Assembly (NCBI RefSeq): GCF_020885515.1
Contig: NZ_AP024987.1
Coordinates: 270,001 to 302,000, forward strand
Origin: a cyanobacterium endosymbiont of Braarudosphaera bigelowii
GTDB taxonomy: Bacteria; Cyanobacteriota; Cyanobacteriia; Cyanobacteriales; Microcystaceae
DNA length: 32,000 nt
Direction: 5' to 3'
This document shows, piece by piece, positions 1 to 10,014 of the stretch; positions within the stretch are counted from its first letter, which is position 1; each line of letters starts with the position of its first letter. The notes under the pieces were generated by a model. It had not been told where the DNA came from. It searched no databases and saw only the letters and a program-made list of their open reading frames with translations. The translations under genes and the position numbers were made by a program.

Positions 1-1383
1 ACTCTTGATAATGGTATGAAATTCATTGTTATGGAAAACCATAGTGCACCTGTAATATCTTTTGTAACTTATGCAGATGTTGGAGGAGTTGATGAACCTA
101 AGAATAAAACCGGAGTAGCACACTTCCTAGAACATCTAGCTTTTAAAGGAACTACAGAAATTGGAACAACAAATTACACTGAAGAAAAAGAGATACTAAG
201 TAATTTAGATCATGTTTTTACTCTTATAGAAGAAGCAAAAAGTAGAAATGATAATGCTAATGTTCAATTATTGACTGAAGAATTTCATATCTTACAAGCT
301 GAAGCTCATAATTATGTTAAACAGAACGAATTTGGGCGTATTGTTGAGACAGCGGGAGGTGTTAATATTAATGCTGCAACCTCTCCAGATTCTACTATTT
401 ATTTTTATAGTTTTCCTTCAAATAAATTAGAGTTATGGATGTCCTTAGAGTCACAACGTTTTTTAAATCCGGTATTTCGAGAATTCTATAAAGAAAAAAA
501 TATTATACTAGAAGAACGTCGTCTTAGAACAGAAAATAATCCTATTGGTAAGATGGTAGAAGCTTTTCTAGATACTGCTTTCATTCAACATCCTTACAAG
601 CGTCCAGTGATTGGTTATAATAAAGATATTAATGGTTTAACTCGTAAAGACGTTCAAGACTTCTTCAATATTTATTATGGACCAAATAATTTAACGATCT
701 CTATTGTGGGAGATGTGAAATTTGAACAAGTAAGGAATTTGGCTGAAGTATATTTCGGACGTTATCCTTCTAAGGCAGAACCACCTAAAATATCTGTAGT
801 AGAGCCAAAACAAACAGAAGCTCGTGAAATTACATTAAATCTTGATTCTCAACCTTGGTATTTAGAAGGATATCATGTACCTTCTTTAGATCATCCTGAC
901 AATGTTGTTTATCAAGTAATTTCTAATATATTGAGTTCTGGACGTACATCTCGTCTTTATAAATCTTTAGTTGAAGATAAACAAGTGGCCTTAGTAGCTC
1001 AAGGTTTGAGTGGTTATCCATCAGATAAATATCCTAATTTAATGCTTTTTTATGCACAAACTTCTCCTCAAGCATCAGTCGAAGAAGTCGCGAAAGCCTT
1101 GTCATTAGAAATTGAGAAACTAAAAGTACAACCTGTTTCTGAACAAGAATTAGAAAAAGCTAAAAATAAATTAAGAGCTAGTCTATTACGTTCTCTTGAT
1201 TCTAATTTGGGGATGGCTCGTGCTTTAGTAGAATATGAAGTAAAAACAGGTAAATGGCATAATCTTTTCAGTCAAGTTCAGGCTTTAGAAGCCGTTACGG
1301 CTGAAGATATTGAAAGAGTTGCAAAAATTACTTTTAGGTCAGAAAATATGACAGTCGGACGTATACTACCTAAAAGACAATAA
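1..1383 (+). CDS. M16 family zinc peptidase (insulinase/processing-peptidase like), 5' end outside window
   Basis: HFLEH matches the HxxEH zinc motif. Frame is open to base 1 (TLDNGMKFIVMENHSAPV), typical of an M16 N-terminus preceded by more residues, so the M at 16 is probably internal. Confidence 0.93.
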   Translation, partial: TLDNGMKFIVMENHSAPVISFVTYADVGGVDEPKNKTGVAHFLEHLAFKGTTEIGTTNYTEEKEILSNLDHVFTLIEEAKSRNDNANVQLLTEEFHILQAEAHNYVKQNEFGRIVETAGGVNINAATSPDSTIYFYSFPSNKLELWMSLESQRFLNPVFREFYKEKNIILEERRLRTENNPIGKMVEAFLDTAFIQHPYKRPVIGYNKDINGLTRKDVQDFFNIYYGPNNLTISIVGDVKFEQVRNLAEVYFGRYPSKAEPPKISVVEPKQTEAREITLNLDSQPWYLEGYHVPSLDHPDNVVYQVISNILSSGRTSRLYKSLVEDKQVALVAQGLSGYPSDKYPNLMLFYAQTSPQASVEEVAKALSLEIEKLKVQPVSEQELEKAKNKLRASLLRSLDSNLGMARALVEYEVKTGKWHNLFSQVQALEAVTAEDIERVAKITFRSENMTVGRILPKRQ

Positions 1384-1956
1384 GATAGTTATATATTTTT
1401 TCAATTAATTATTAGAAATAGAAGAAATGTAACTCATAAGCTTTAATTACTAAAACTAATTCAGATTGTGCTTACTCTTCTGTTATTTTTGGATATAAAA
1501 GTAATTTCTCGCATGTTACAGTATAAAAAATGTTAACAGAGCTAATGTACATTATTAGCCACAGTTTTTATATTTAAATATTTTGTATTTCTTATCTCAT
1601 TAAATTTATGTAAAAGCTCTATAGTCTGATAGGCTCGTCAAAACCTTTACTAGATAATTTTTTTTAAAGAATAAATATTAGGTTATTTTCTCTTATTAAC
1701 TATTAAGTATAAAAAGTGTAATTAGTGGTTGATAAAAATTAGCTAAGCCACAGTATAGTATTTTTAATACTAAAAGTTCTAAATATTAAAAGTGCAAATG
1801 TATCACTGAATTTCAAAGCTTATTGGAAAAACTTTTACAAAACTTAATGGTATTTTAACCTAGTTGAGCTTAGATTATATTTAATAATTGCTTCGTAGAT
1901 ATTCTTTTCTTTACCAGCTAAACTTTTTATAAAACAATCTAATAAAATTAAAATTT

Positions 1957-2985
1957 ATGACGTCTCAAACAAAAATAAATTCTTCTTCCTATAAAATCTC
2001 TATGCCTCCTAAAGACGCCAAGACTAGAGTCAGTAAGCTTATGAAAAATTTGCAGGATGAAATTTGTTGCTCATTAGAAAAAGCAGATCGTGGAGGTCAA
2101 TTTCAAGAAGATAGTTGGCAGAGAGAAGAAGGTGGTGGTGGACGCTCTCGAGTACTGAAAAACGGTAATTTACTAGAACAAGGAGGAGTAAATTTTTCTG
2201 AAGTTTGGGGCGAAGAGTTACCATTGTCGATAATAAAGCAACGACCTGAAGCTCAAGGGCATAAATTTTATGCTACGGGAACCTCTATGGTGCTACATCC
2301 TCACAATCCCTATATTCCAACGGTTCATCTTAATTATCGCTATTTTGAGGCAGGTCCTGTTTGGTGGTTTGGAGGAGGTATCGATCTAACTCCTTATTAT
2401 CCGTTTGCTGAGGATGCAGCTTTTTTTCACAAGACTTTAAAACAAACTTGTGATCAACATCATGAAGGATATTACCCAACCTTTAAATCTTGGTGTGATG
2501 AATATTTTTATCTCAAACATCGTCAAGAAACACGTGGTATTGGAGGGATTTTCTTTGATTACCAAGATGGTAGTTATCCTCTATATCGTGGCTCTAACAA
2601 TAACAAAACAGATACTAAATATGATGATCAAATTTCTGAATTAAAACCACGTACGTGGGAAGACTTATTTACTTTTGTTAGCGATTGCGGGAAAACTTTT
2701 CTGCCAGCTTATCTGCCTATTGTCGAAAAACGCCGTAACTTACAATATGGAGAAAAAGAACGTCAATTTCAACTATATAGAAGAGGACGTTATGTAGAAT
2801 TTAATCTAGTATATGACCGTGGTACGATTTTTGGTTTACAAACTAATGGACGTACTGAATCCATATTGATGTCTTTACCGCCACTAGTTCGCTGGGAATA
2901 TTCCTATGAACCAAAAGTCAATACTCCTGAATTTGAGTTATATAAAACATTTTTAAAACCTCAGGATTGGGTTAATTGGTTGTAG
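1957..2985 (+). CDS. hemF: Oxygen-dependent coproporphyrinogen III oxidase
   Basis: 342 aa with family-like segments [30 protein letters not shown]-like and [29 protein letters not shown]. Confidence 0.96.
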   Translation: MTSQTKINSSSYKISMPPKDAKTRVSKLMKNLQDEICCSLEKADRGGQFQEDSWQREEGGGGRSRVLKNGNLLEQGGVNFSEVWGEELPLSIIKQRPEAQGHKFYATGTSMVLHPHNPYIPTVHLNYRYFEAGPVWWFGGGIDLTPYYPFAEDAAFFHKTLKQTCDQHHEGYYPTFKSWCDEYFYLKHRQETRGIGGIFFDYQDGSYPLYRGSNNNKTDTKYDDQISELKPRTWEDLFTFVSDCGKTFLPAYLPIVEKRRNLQYGEKERQFQLYRRGRYVEFNLVYDRGTIFGLQTNGRTESILMSLPPLVRWEYSYEPKVNTPEFELYKTFLKPQDWVNWL

Positions 2986-3058
2986 TAAACCTACGATTAT
3001 TATGATTTTTTTAGTGCACTTTTATTAGAAGTTCTCAGATAACAAATTAATTAAAAAC

Positions 3059-3099
3059 GAAGAAGATATGAATAGCGTTTAACTATGAATATCTTCTTC
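3059..3099. terminator. Hairpin between convergent hemF and M3 peptidase genes
   Basis: GAAGAAGATAT (3059-3069) pairs with ATATCTTCTTC (3089-3099), located between convergent stops. Confidence 0.55.
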
Positions 3100-3192
3100 A
3101 AAAGAATAGTGACTATTCTAAAATTAAGTAATCTGATAAACAAATTGGATTAATTAAGACTTTTCTTACAGCAATTTTCAACTTTATTAGAA

Positions 3193-5286
3193 TTAAGCAG
3201 ATTTTAATAATCCACTATATCTTAGTAAAGGTTCTGTTTCAGGTTCTCTTCCTCGAAAAGATTTAAAAATTTCCATAGGATTTTTACTTCCACCTAAAGC
3301 TAAGATATTATCTCTAAAACTTTTACCTACTTCTAAAAGCTCATCATCGTTGTCTAAACCAACTTCTTCAAAGGCCGAAAAAGAATCTGCACTTAATATC
3401 TCTGACCACTTATAACTATAGTACCCAGCCGCATAACCACCAGCAAAAATGTGATTAAATGCACATAAAAAAGCATCTTCAGGTAAAGTTCTAATCACTG
3501 TTGTCTTTTCTGCAATCCTGTCTCTAACTTGAACCAAAGTTTCACCACTATCTGGTTGATATTTATGATGTAATTCTAAATCTAAGAGACTAAAGTGAAG
3601 TTGCCTTAGCATAGATAATCCAGCCATAAAATGACGCGAAGATACTAATTTATCATAATAGTGTTTAGGTATTGTTTCTCCTGTTTTGTAGTGTTTAGCC
3701 ATACTGAAAAAAGTATTTTTTTCATAGCACCAATATTCCATAAATTGACTAGGTAATTCGACAGCATCCCACTCTATGTTGTTAATACCTGATGCCCCAG
3801 GATAATTGACTGTTGTTAGCATATGTTGTAGACCATGACCAAACTCATGAAATAAAGTAGTTACTTCATCAAAGGTCATTAAACTAGGTTCTTCATCATA
3901 GGGAGGAGTTTGATTACAAATTAAGTATGCAACTGGTAAACGAGTTATAGTTTTTCCATCTTGATATGTTTCTGATCTTCCAACACAGTCACTCATCCAA
4001 GCACCTCCACGTTTTTCTGCAGGACGACTATAGGGGTCTAGATAGAAGTATGCAATTATATTTTCTGTTTCATCTTTTACTTGAAAAAATTGCACATCTT
4101 TATGCCATGTTGATACTTGTTTATCTGCGACAGTGATTTTTACTCTGAAAATACGTTCTGCCAAGTCAAACAATCCTTCTAGTACTTGTTCTAAAGAAAA
4201 GTAAACTCTTAATTCCTCATTAGTGAAATCAAATAAGAATTTACGCTGTTTTTCTGTCCAGTAACTTATATCCCAAGGCTCTAGATCAGAATTGTAATTG
4301 CTAGACGCAAATGACTTTAAACTTTTCAATTCTTCTTGTGCTGTTTCATAACTTACAACTCTTAGCTCTTCCAAGACTTTTTCTACGTTTTCAACACTAG
4401 AAGCCATTTTTTTGCTTAAACTTACTTCAGCATATGATTGATAACCAAGAATTTTTGCTTGTTCTTTTCTTAATTTTAAAATACGTTCTATTAAGGGTTT
4501 ATTGTTTAACTTACCAATTGATGCCCGAGATATAAAAGCTTTATATATTTTTTCTCTTAGGTTTTTTTGACTACTGTATCTCATAAAAGGTCCGTAAATA
4601 GGATAATCTAAAGTCATAATCCATGGACCTGCCTCAGGAGTAGCATTACTATCCCCCTCTAAAATAGCGTTATTCGCAGCTAGTTTTAAGAGGCTAAATG
4701 GTAAACCATCAACTTCCATCTTTTCTGTTAATTTTAATTTAAAGTCTTTAGTTGAATCTAAGACATTATTAGAAAATTGTGTAGACAGTTCAGCAAGTTG
4801 CAAGTTAATTTCATTAAATCTATGACGCTTCTCTGGTATTAGATTAACTCCAGATAATTCAGCTTCTCTAATAGAGCTTTCAATAATACGTTTTTGGCAA
4901 CCATCCAAGGTATTCCATAAGACTAAATCTTTTTGCAGATTTTTAAATGCTTGGTAAATAAGTTTACTTTGTCTTAGCCTATTTAAAAAGTTTATGATAT
5001 CAGGTTGAATAGTTTGGTATATCTCTCGAAGCTTTGAACTATTTTGAACTCCCATCAAATGATTGACAATACCCCATGTCCATTGAATTTTTTCTTCAAT
5101 GATAGTTAAAGGCTCTACAAGGCCCTCCCAGGTTGAATCGACGTTTTCTTCTAAATAAGTTAGTTTATTACTTGATTGCTTCAAAAGTTCAGTCATTGAA
5201 GGAATAATATCATCTAATATAATTTTCTCGAAGGCGGGCAAACCTTCTCCAACTAGCAAATAATTATCAGCATATTGATTGTTCAT
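3193..5286 (-). CDS. M3 family oligopeptidase (oligopeptidase A like)
   Basis: HEFGHGLQHML is the HExGH zinc motif. Start placed at MNNQYADNYLL (5286) rather than the 25-aa low-complexity extension to 5361. Confidence 0.94.
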   Translation of the reverse strand: MNNQYADNYLLVGEGLPAFEKIILDDIIPSMTELLKQSSNKLTYLEENVDSTWEGLVEPLTIIEEKIQWTWGIVNHLMGVQNSSKLREIYQTIQPDIINFLNRLRQSKLIYQAFKNLQKDLVLWNTLDGCQKRIIESSIREAELSGVNLIPEKRHRFNEINLQLAELSTQFSNNVLDSTKDFKLKLTEKMEVDGLPFSLLKLAANNAILEGDSNATPEAGPWIMTLDYPIYGPFMRYSSQKNLREKIYKAFISRASIGKLNNKPLIERILKLRKEQAKILGYQSYAEVSLSKKMASSVENVEKVLEELRVVSYETAQEELKSLKSFASSNYNSDLEPWDISYWTEKQRKFLFDFTNEELRVYFSLEQVLEGLFDLAERIFRVKITVADKQVSTWHKDVQFFQVKDETENIIAYFYLDPYSRPAEKRGGAWMSDCVGRSETYQDGKTITRLPVAYLICNQTPPYDEEPSLMTFDEVTTLFHEFGHGLQHMLTTVNYPGASGINNIEWDAVELPSQFMEYWCYEKNTFFSMAKHYKTGETIPKHYYDKLVSSRHFMAGLSMLRQLHFSLLDLELHHKYQPDSGETLVQVRDRIAEKTTVIRTLPEDAFLCAFNHIFAGGYAAGYYSYKWSEILSADSFSAFEEVGLDNDDELLEVGKSFRDNILALGGSKNPMEIFKSFRGREPETEPLLRYSGLLKSA

Positions 5287-5666
5287 AAAATAAAAAATAG
5301 TTATGTTTTTTGTATATATAGTGATCAATTTATAGCTTAGGATAATTTTGCTTATTAGCAAAACTTAATATAGATTGCAGTGTATATACAAAATTTAGAA
5401 TTAATAAGTGTAAGCTATATACTTATTAACCATATAAATTCAATTACTTTAGATAAAGACTCTGATAATTTTGACCTATTAAAATTAAAAAAGAAGCGAT
5501 GTCATATTAAGAGAAAGTGGTCAGGTAAAAAAATTAGTATTTTTTAGGGTACTAAATGAATCTTTAGAAATATAAAAGCTGTCAATTTGACTTATATGAT
5601 TTTAATTAAGAAAATGTATCATATATTGTAATATATAAATATGATTTATTTTGGAAGTAAATACTC

Positions 5667-5756
5667 ATGGATATTTTAGCTCTTGGTTGGGTTAGTGTAT
5701 TAGCCTTATTTAGTTGGTCTCTTGCTATGGTTGTTTGGGGACGTAATGGCTTTTAG
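5667..5756 (+). CDS. petN: Cytochrome b6f complex subunit PetN
   Basis: Manual translation [29 protein letters not shown], nearly identical to canonical PetN; not in ORF track because of size. Confidence 0.96.
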   Translation: MDILALGWVSVLALFSWSLAMVVWGRNGF

Positions 5757-5769
5757 GGTTTTCTAAGCT

Positions 5770-5904
5770 ATGCAATATCTCAATTTTCTCTTTTATACTG
5801 CTTTTGCTCTACTAATTTTGGTAAGCATTGGTATTATTTACTTAACTGTTATGGATCGACATAGCAGTTATTTTCAAAAGCAAAACGAAAAAAATAAATT
5901 ATAA
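5770..5904 (+). CDS. 44-aa single-TM small membrane peptide, unknown function
   Basis: Manual translation MQYLNFLFYTAFALLILVSIGIIYLTVMDRHSSYFQKQNEKNKL*; starts 13 nt after petN stop; one hydrophobic helix with a charged tail; followed by a terminator hairpin. Confidence 0.65.
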   Translation: MQYLNFLFYTAFALLILVSIGIIYLTVMDRHSSYFQKQNEKNKL

Positions 5905-5938
5905 AGTTTAAGGAAAAATTATTTTCCCTTAAACTTTG
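5903..5938 (+). terminator. Terminator after petN/small ORF
   Basis: AAAGTTTAAGG ... CCTTAAACTTT inverted repeat immediately overlapping/after the stop codon. Confidence 0.6.
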
Positions 5939-6012
5939 TAGTATAGTCTAACCAACATAAACTATGTAAATAAATCAGATCGTATAATTTATTCATATTT
6001 TGTTCAATTCTA

Positions 6013-6053
6013 AAAATCAATAAGGTGAACTTTATTTCGCCTTATTGATTTTT
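6013..6053. terminator. Hairpin downstream of ycf54
   Basis: AAAATCAATAAGG ... CCTTATTGATTTT inverted repeat next to the reverse-strand stop, A/T tracts on both sides. Confidence 0.6.
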
Positions 6054-6062
6054 AATTCTATA

Positions 6063-6398
6063 CTAGGCTTTAGATGTAGAATTTAAAGAAGCTAGTGGAT
6101 CTGGAATTGTAGGAGAAGGAGCTTGAAACTCTCCTTGGGCTACATATTCTAGTCGTAATTTTAACCAAGTTATAAAACCATGATCCGTTGAAATAATAGC
6201 AACACTTGGTTGAGGACACTGTGCTTTGATATTAGCAAATTCTGGAGCTTCAATAAAAGCAGGTTCTTTGACAAGCCAAAAATCAATTGCTTTATCTTTA
6301 GCTTGATAATCTCTAACTCTTTCTCTTAACACTTCGTCTAAAGGCTCTTCTTCTAGAAGAAATTTTTGACTAGCTAAAACGTAATAATAGGTATTCAT
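6063..6398 (-). CDS. ycf54: Ycf54-like, MgPME cyclase complex accessory protein (DUF2488)
   Basis: MNTYYYVLASQKFLLEEEPLDEVLRER, DFWLVKEPAFIEAPE and TWLKLRLEYVAQGEF are characteristic of Ycf54. Confidence 0.93.
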   Translation of the reverse strand: MNTYYYVLASQKFLLEEEPLDEVLRERVRDYQAKDKAIDFWLVKEPAFIEAPEFANIKAQCPQPSVAIISTDHGFITWLKLRLEYVAQGEFQAPSPTIPDPLASLNSTSKA

Positions 6399-6477
6399 TG
6401 CTTATTCATTAATCCTGATTTCCCAATTATTATTATTCAACTTAAGAATACTTTATTGGTGAAGATTAATTAATAAT

Positions 6478-7227
6478 TTATAATTCTCCTTTTATCGCTA
6501 GTTTCATTTCTTTAACAGCTCTTTCCATTCCTACTAAGACAGCACGACTTATAATCGTATGACCAATATTTAATTCCTTAATACCAGGAAGGCAGGCAAT
6601 AGGATAGACATTGTTATAATTCAATCCATGGCCAGCATTAATTTTTATACCTAAGTCGAGAGCTTTATGACACGCTAATTTCAACAACTTTAGTTCATCT
6701 TGACATTGTTTACTATGCATGGAATTTACGTATTTGCCTGTATGTAGCTCAATATATTTTGCTTTAGTACTTGCAGATGCCTGAATTTGATCTTCATCAC
6801 TATCAATAAAAAGACTAGCAGAAGCTCCATTATCTTGTATCTTACTAACTATTCTCTTTAAATGTTCCAAATTTTTTTTAACATCTAAGCCACCTTCTGT
6901 AGTTATTTCTTTACGCTTTTCTGGAACTAGGGTAATACAATCAGGCTTAATATCGAGAGCAATTTTAATCATTTCTTCTGTAGCAGCAATTTCTAAATTC
7001 AAACGTGTTTGAATAGTTTCTTTTATTAGATATACATCTCGATCCTGAATATGTCGTCTATCTTCTCTTAGGTGAAGAGTAATGCCGTTTGCTCCTCCTA
7101 ATTCTGCCAAAGCTGCTGCCACAATTAGGCTTGGTTCACTTGAGTGTCTTGCTTGACGAATAGTAGCAACGTGGTCAATATTTACTCCGAGAGTTGGTAA
7201 TTTGAAATTTTCTTCTTTATCAAACAT
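6478..7227 (-). CDS. pdxJ: Pyridoxine 5'-phosphate synthase
   Basis: LGVNIDHVATIRQARH, GANGITLHLREDRRHIQDRD and INAGHGLNYNNV are PdxJ signatures. Confidence 0.97.
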   Translation of the reverse strand: MFDKEENFKLPTLGVNIDHVATIRQARHSSEPSLIVAAALAELGGANGITLHLREDRRHIQDRDVYLIKETIQTRLNLEIAATEEMIKIALDIKPDCITLVPEKRKEITTEGGLDVKKNLEHLKRIVSKIQDNGASASLFIDSDEDQIQASASTKAKYIELHTGKYVNSMHSKQCQDELKLLKLACHKALDLGIKINAGHGLNYNNVYPIACLPGIKELNIGHTIISRAVLVGMERAVKEMKLAIKGEL

Positions 7228-7468
7228 TTTATAATTAAGTAGAGAATTTGAACTTGAATAATTAATATCATTTTTATAATATTAACCATTGTTTATAAAA
7301 AAGGATAAGATATTAAATTTCAAACGTAACTAAAATACTTTAACATGTAATTTATATAGTTTTATTTAGTTAGTTAAGAAACAAAGATAAACTATTACAT
7401 AAAAATAACTTATTTTTTATCTATAAAATATTAGTTTAACAGATAAGAATTTTTAATTAAGATATACT

Positions 7469-8862
7469 TTGCCTCAATATACCATTATGAATTTTTTATG
7501 TTTTCGGTATAATTTCATTTCTATAACTATATTTTGTAGTACATTTATCTTTTTTACTTTCAGTAGTCTTAGACATATACTTTTTCAATCAACAGCTTGG
7601 GATTTAGCAATTTTTGATCAGGCAATTTATTTAATAAGTCAAGGTAAAATACCGAACTCATCTTTTTTAAATATTCATATCTTGGGAGATCATGCTTCCT
7701 TAATACTTTATCCATTATCGTTATTTTATGTATTTTATCCTTCGATCTATTGGTTATTTTTTATACAAGCGCTGTCTCTAAGCTTCGGAGTACTACCTAT
7801 CTACTGTCTATGTCAAAATCAAGGCTTAAATAAAGACTATTCATTTACGATAAGCTTAACATATTTATTTTATCCGTTAATTTTTAATATTAATTTATTT
7901 GATTTTCATCCTGATGTAATATTTGTTCCAGCAATTTTATTTGCTCTTCTAGCCATCTTTGAAGATAGATTATTTTTATTTATTTTATCCATATTAATTG
8001 CTTTGAGTTGTAAAAGCATATTCTCTTTGACAATTATATTTATGGGTTTGTGGTTATTCTTGCTAAAAAAAAAAAATTTAGTCTATTTGCTTTAGGAAGT
8101 GGTTTTATTTGGTTTATTTTTAGTACTAAATTTATTATTCCTGTTTTTGGTAATGGGAATGCCAATATTGAAAGACATATAGAAAGGTTCAATCACCTTG
8201 GAAACACATTTTCTGAAATAATTTATAACTTGATTTTTAGTCCTACTTTAATTTTAGAAGGAATATTTAATTTACCTAATTTAGAGTATTTATTATTGTT
8301 ACTATTGCCTGTCTTCTGGGGTATATCTTTCGTTTCACTTTCTCCTTTAATACCTTGTATCCCTAGCTTTGCGATGAATCTGTTGTCTCAAAATCTTTTA
8401 CAAAAGGATCTTTTGCACCATTATTCTTTACCAATTTTACCTTTTATAATAATTATTATTATAAAAACTATAGCTCAGAAACAAAAGTGGATTCATAAGA
8501 AATATATTTTTCTATGGTCACTCATTTCTTTTATTATGTTGGCTAAATTAGGTAATTTTACTTCTCGATATTTAATATCTTTAGATACTTGGACAGCAAG
8601 TAAAGAAGCTATCAGTAGGATAGCTGAAGAGAGTAGTGTATTAACATATACTTATGTTGCGCCCCATATTAGTCATCGCTCCACTGTAAAGTTAATTGAG
8701 CAGGAAGCAGATATAAATTTAGAACAATTTGACCATATTTTATTAAATGACTTTTTGTCACAAAACGAACAAGTTAAAGAACAAGTTAAAAAAAATAATC
8801 ATTTTTCATTAATTTTTCAAAAAAATCATATTTATCTTTTCAAAAAATTAATCAATCAATAA
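7469..8862 (+). CDS. DUF2079 family membrane protein, reading frame interrupted at poly-A tract (ORFs 7469..8095 and 8050..8862)
   Basis: N-terminal ORF has AWDLAIFDQAIY, GDHAS, FDFHPDV typical of DUF2079. C-terminal ORF continues the same architecture in the -1 frame, joined at 12 consecutive A (about 8065-8076). Confidence 0.8.
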
Positions 8863-8922
8863 TTAGATGAATATTTGTATTTAATACAAATATTCATCTA
8901 ATTATTGATTGATTAATTTTTT
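8842..8922. terminator. Perfect 40-bp inverted repeat with 1-nt centre, probable bidirectional terminator
   Basis: 8842-8881 is the exact reverse complement of 8883-8922; lies between convergent genes, with A6/T6+ at the stem base. Confidence 0.85.
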
Positions 8923-9108
8923 TTAGAAAATGTTAGTTTTACTGTCTATTTGATCGTAAGAGTTTTCTTCAATAAAAATTGGCTTGTTAGGAGTAACTGA
9001 CATCTTATAAAAAATAATATATGCTAAAAGGCAAATACTACCTGAAAAAAGGAAAACTCCGATTAATAAACTTGAAACAACCTGAAAAAATTTAGATAGA
9101 CGACTCAT
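8923..9108 (-). CDS. Small single-TM protein, unknown function
   Basis: 61 aa, MSRLSKFFQVVSSLLIGVFLFSGSICLLAYIIFYKMSVTPNKPIFIEE..., coherent TM plus polar tail, stop abuts the 40-bp palindrome. Confidence 0.65.
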   Translation of the reverse strand: MSRLSKFFQVVSSLLIGVFLFSGSICLLAYIIFYKMSVTPNKPIFIEENSYDQIDSKTNIF

Positions 9109-9372
9109 ATTTATCTTGCAATAAAATTATATAAACTAAAATAGCGATTAATTACATATTAATTATCTGAGTTATATATGGAATTTGGTTAAAAATAATT
9201 CTGTCAGGTTAAATCGTAATAATATTTTCTACTTTGTGTATAAGATATTATTTCTTGTAGCAGTCACTATATAGATAATTTCAAATATACTTTGGTCTTA
9301 AATATAAAATTTTATAATTTAAGTTCTTTTTTATAAATTTAATAGCTTAACATTTAACAATAAGTTAGATAC

Positions 9373-9409
9373 AAAAAAGCAAAATCTTAATTTTAATTTT
9401 GCTTTTTTT
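9373..9409. terminator. Orphan hairpin with T tracts on both strands
   Basis: AAAAAAGCAAAAT (9373-9385) pairs with ATTTTGCTTTTTT (9396-9408); no intact gene ends here on either strand. Confidence 0.5.
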
Positions 9410-9933
9410 GTAGTGTTAAATTTTTCTTCATCAAGCACTTCTTTTCAGTTAATATTATTAATTTCTATATTATTTTCTTATTATAAGTAGTAGTTTTTAG
9501 AACAACAGGTATCGAAAGAACATCTTCTAGTGTTAGGATTTCTTGCTTTTAATTTTTCGCTAACATTGAATAGAGACTTTGTCTTCCAAAACCTCCACAA
9601 AAATAGTATCTATACATTTCTCATTATTTAATAAATAGGTAATCTTTCTTTGAATTAGTTAAGCAAACTTGTCTTTAATTTCTGATGATCTTTAATATAT
9701 AATTAATAGGATCATAAAGTACTTCATTATTTCTCTAAAAATAGTTTGATGAACAATTTTCAGATAAAAAATAATGAGTCTCTTCGTCTGTAATTATTAA
9801 TTGTTCCTACAATCAAAAAAAATTAATTTGTAGAAAATTTTCTGCTTTCTTTATGTAATCATATTAAGTTGCTAACATATAAGAAAGCATATATAACTGA
9901 AGGCTAAATTTAATAATAACGTGTTGCTTAATA

Positions 9934-10003
9934 TCTAAAGATTCTAATATTTAATTAATATAGTTTTGTAGACATATATTAATTAAATATTAGAATCTTT
10001 AGA
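9934..10003. repeat. 28-29 bp perfect inverted repeat in gene-poor zone
   Basis: TCTAAAGATTCTAATATTTAATTAATAT (9934-9961) is the exact reverse complement of 9976-10003, short spacer between. Confidence 0.8.
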
Positions 10004-10014
10004 ATATATCGAAT

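Noticed and set aside
2039-2644. ORFs 2039..2224 (-) and 2450..2644 (+) within hemF
   Set aside because: Overlap a confidently identified hemF; low-complexity products.
3193-5361. N-terminal extension of the M3 peptidase ORF to 5361
   Set aside because: The first 25 residues are low-complexity and hydrophobic from AT-rich spacer; MNNQYADNYLL at 5286 fits the family start.
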